Part shown: one piece after another, positions 35,574 to 36,730 of the stretch | Layout: every line of letters begins with the position of its first letter | How positions within the stretch are numbered: position 1 is the stretch's first letter | The notes under the pieces: model-generated | The model's database searches: none | The model's input: only the letters and a program-made list of their open reading frames with translations | What the model was told of the DNA's origin: nothing | From: Chiloscyllium plagiosum | Lineage: Eukaryota | Assembly (NCBI RefSeq): GCF_004010195.1 | Contig: NC_057752.1 | Span: 10,896,018 to 10,932,747, forward strand | DNA length: 36,730 nucleotides | Reading direction: 5' to 3' | Made by a program: the position numbers and the translations under genes

Positions 35574-35999
35574 TAGTAGGTGTTTTCAGATGGTGTGAGA
35601 TAAGAGTTCTCATAACATCTTTTTGCTAAAGATTCCGATGCTAGGTGTAAGACCAACTGCAGCAGCAGAATGAGAGGCATGGTCAATTGGCCAGAACAGA
35701 AGCTTAATGAGCTGCTGCTGCTGCCAGTGGAGACCTGGTGTGTTCCAGGGCTCAGTGCTGAACTGGATTTGGCCAGCAGGATGCACCAGTGAGCTGGCTT
35801 TGGGCACAGAGAACACCACCCCAGAATTTACTGCGTCCATTGAAGGATTAGTAAACCAGTGAAGAATGTTCTCTAAGAGTTTGAAGGGGTTCATACTGAG
35901 GAGCATCTTCAGCAGCACTCTCTACGCTAATATCCGCATTGGTTTGTGGGCAGAACAGCTTGGAATCGGAAATATAGAAATATTTCAGCTACAGTAATA

Positions 36000-36192
36000 G
36001 CTGGTGAAGCTCAGCAAGTCTGAGAAAGGAAAGGAGAGTGAACATTTTGAGTCCAAGAACATAACTTTGAAAAGGAGTCACTGGATTTGAAACATTAACT
36101 CTGTTTCTCTCTCCACAGTTGTTGCTGAGATACTTCAGCGATTTCTGTTTTTCTTTCAGATCGTCACGATCTGCAGTTTCTTTGTTTGGTTT
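36000..36192. mobile_element. Degenerate inverted Penelope pLTR pair
   Basis: gctggtgaagctcagcaagtctg..gagtcca followed by gagtcactggatttgaaacattaactctgtttctctctccacag. Confidence 0.6.
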
Positions 36193-36278
36193 CAGCTCAG
36201 GACCTCGATGGAGCGGAATCCAATATTTGATCCTCCTTAAAGTCTCTGTAGCTGTGTCCATCATTTTAATAAAAACCA

Positions 36279-36730
36279 AAAAGCAAATCTTAGCAGGACC
36301 TATACACTTCATGGTAAGGTCCTGGGGAGTGTTGCTGAACAAAGACACCTTGGAGTGAAGGTTCATAGCCCCTTGAAAGTGGAGTCACAGGTAGATAGGA
36401 TAGTGAAGAAGGCGTTTGGTATGCTTTCCTTTATTGGTCAGAGTATTGAGTACAGGAGTTGGGAGGTCATGTTGCGGCTGTACAGGACATTGGTTAGGCC
36501 ACTGTTGGAATATTGCGGGCAATTCTGGTCTCCTCCTTATCGGAAAGATGTTGTGAAACCTGAAAGGGTTCAGAAAAGATTTACAAGGATGTTGCCAGGG
36601 TTGGAGGATGAGCTACAGGGAGAGGCTGAACAGGCGGGGGCTATTTTCCCTGGAGCATCGGAGGCTGAGGAATGACCTTATAGAGGTTTATAAAATCATG
36701 AGGGGCATGGATAGGGTAAATAGACAAAGT
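36279..36730 (+). mobile_element. HER1/CR1 fragment running off the window
   Basis: VHSPLKVESQVDRIVKKAFGMLSFIGQSIEYRSWEVMLRLY. Confidence 0.92.

Overview
A eukaryotic window made almost entirely of repeats. It is very probably from a cartilaginous fish (shark): it carries HE1-type V-SINEs and their partner HER1/CR1 LINEs (inference from recognised families). No intact host coding gene is supported. Most of the sequence is nested, decayed retroelements: several CR1-group LINE families (one near full-length, 14097-20048, minus), Penelope-like elements with GIY-YIG/RT remnants and hammerhead-ribozyme motifs, a truncated Gypsy LTR element and tRNA-derived SINEs. DNA transposon remnants include a Tigger MITE, a pogo/Tc2 deletion derivative and a Harbinger Myb-like gene. 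Host signals are a CpG-rich, CRE-rich promoter with a non-coding minus-strand exon (~10.7-11.3 kb), a candidate 21-nt microexon and a weak candidate terminal exon near 35.9 kb. There is an 874-N assembly gap at 16743-17616. The most unusual structure is at 22.9-23.3 kb. There, one Gypsy-LTR motif (ACTCCTGTTT) recurs about nine times, separated by poly(A)-tailed pieces. Four of these pieces carry the same hairpin, one with an inverted loop. This looks like repeated sequence-specific retrotransposition into another element's promoter.
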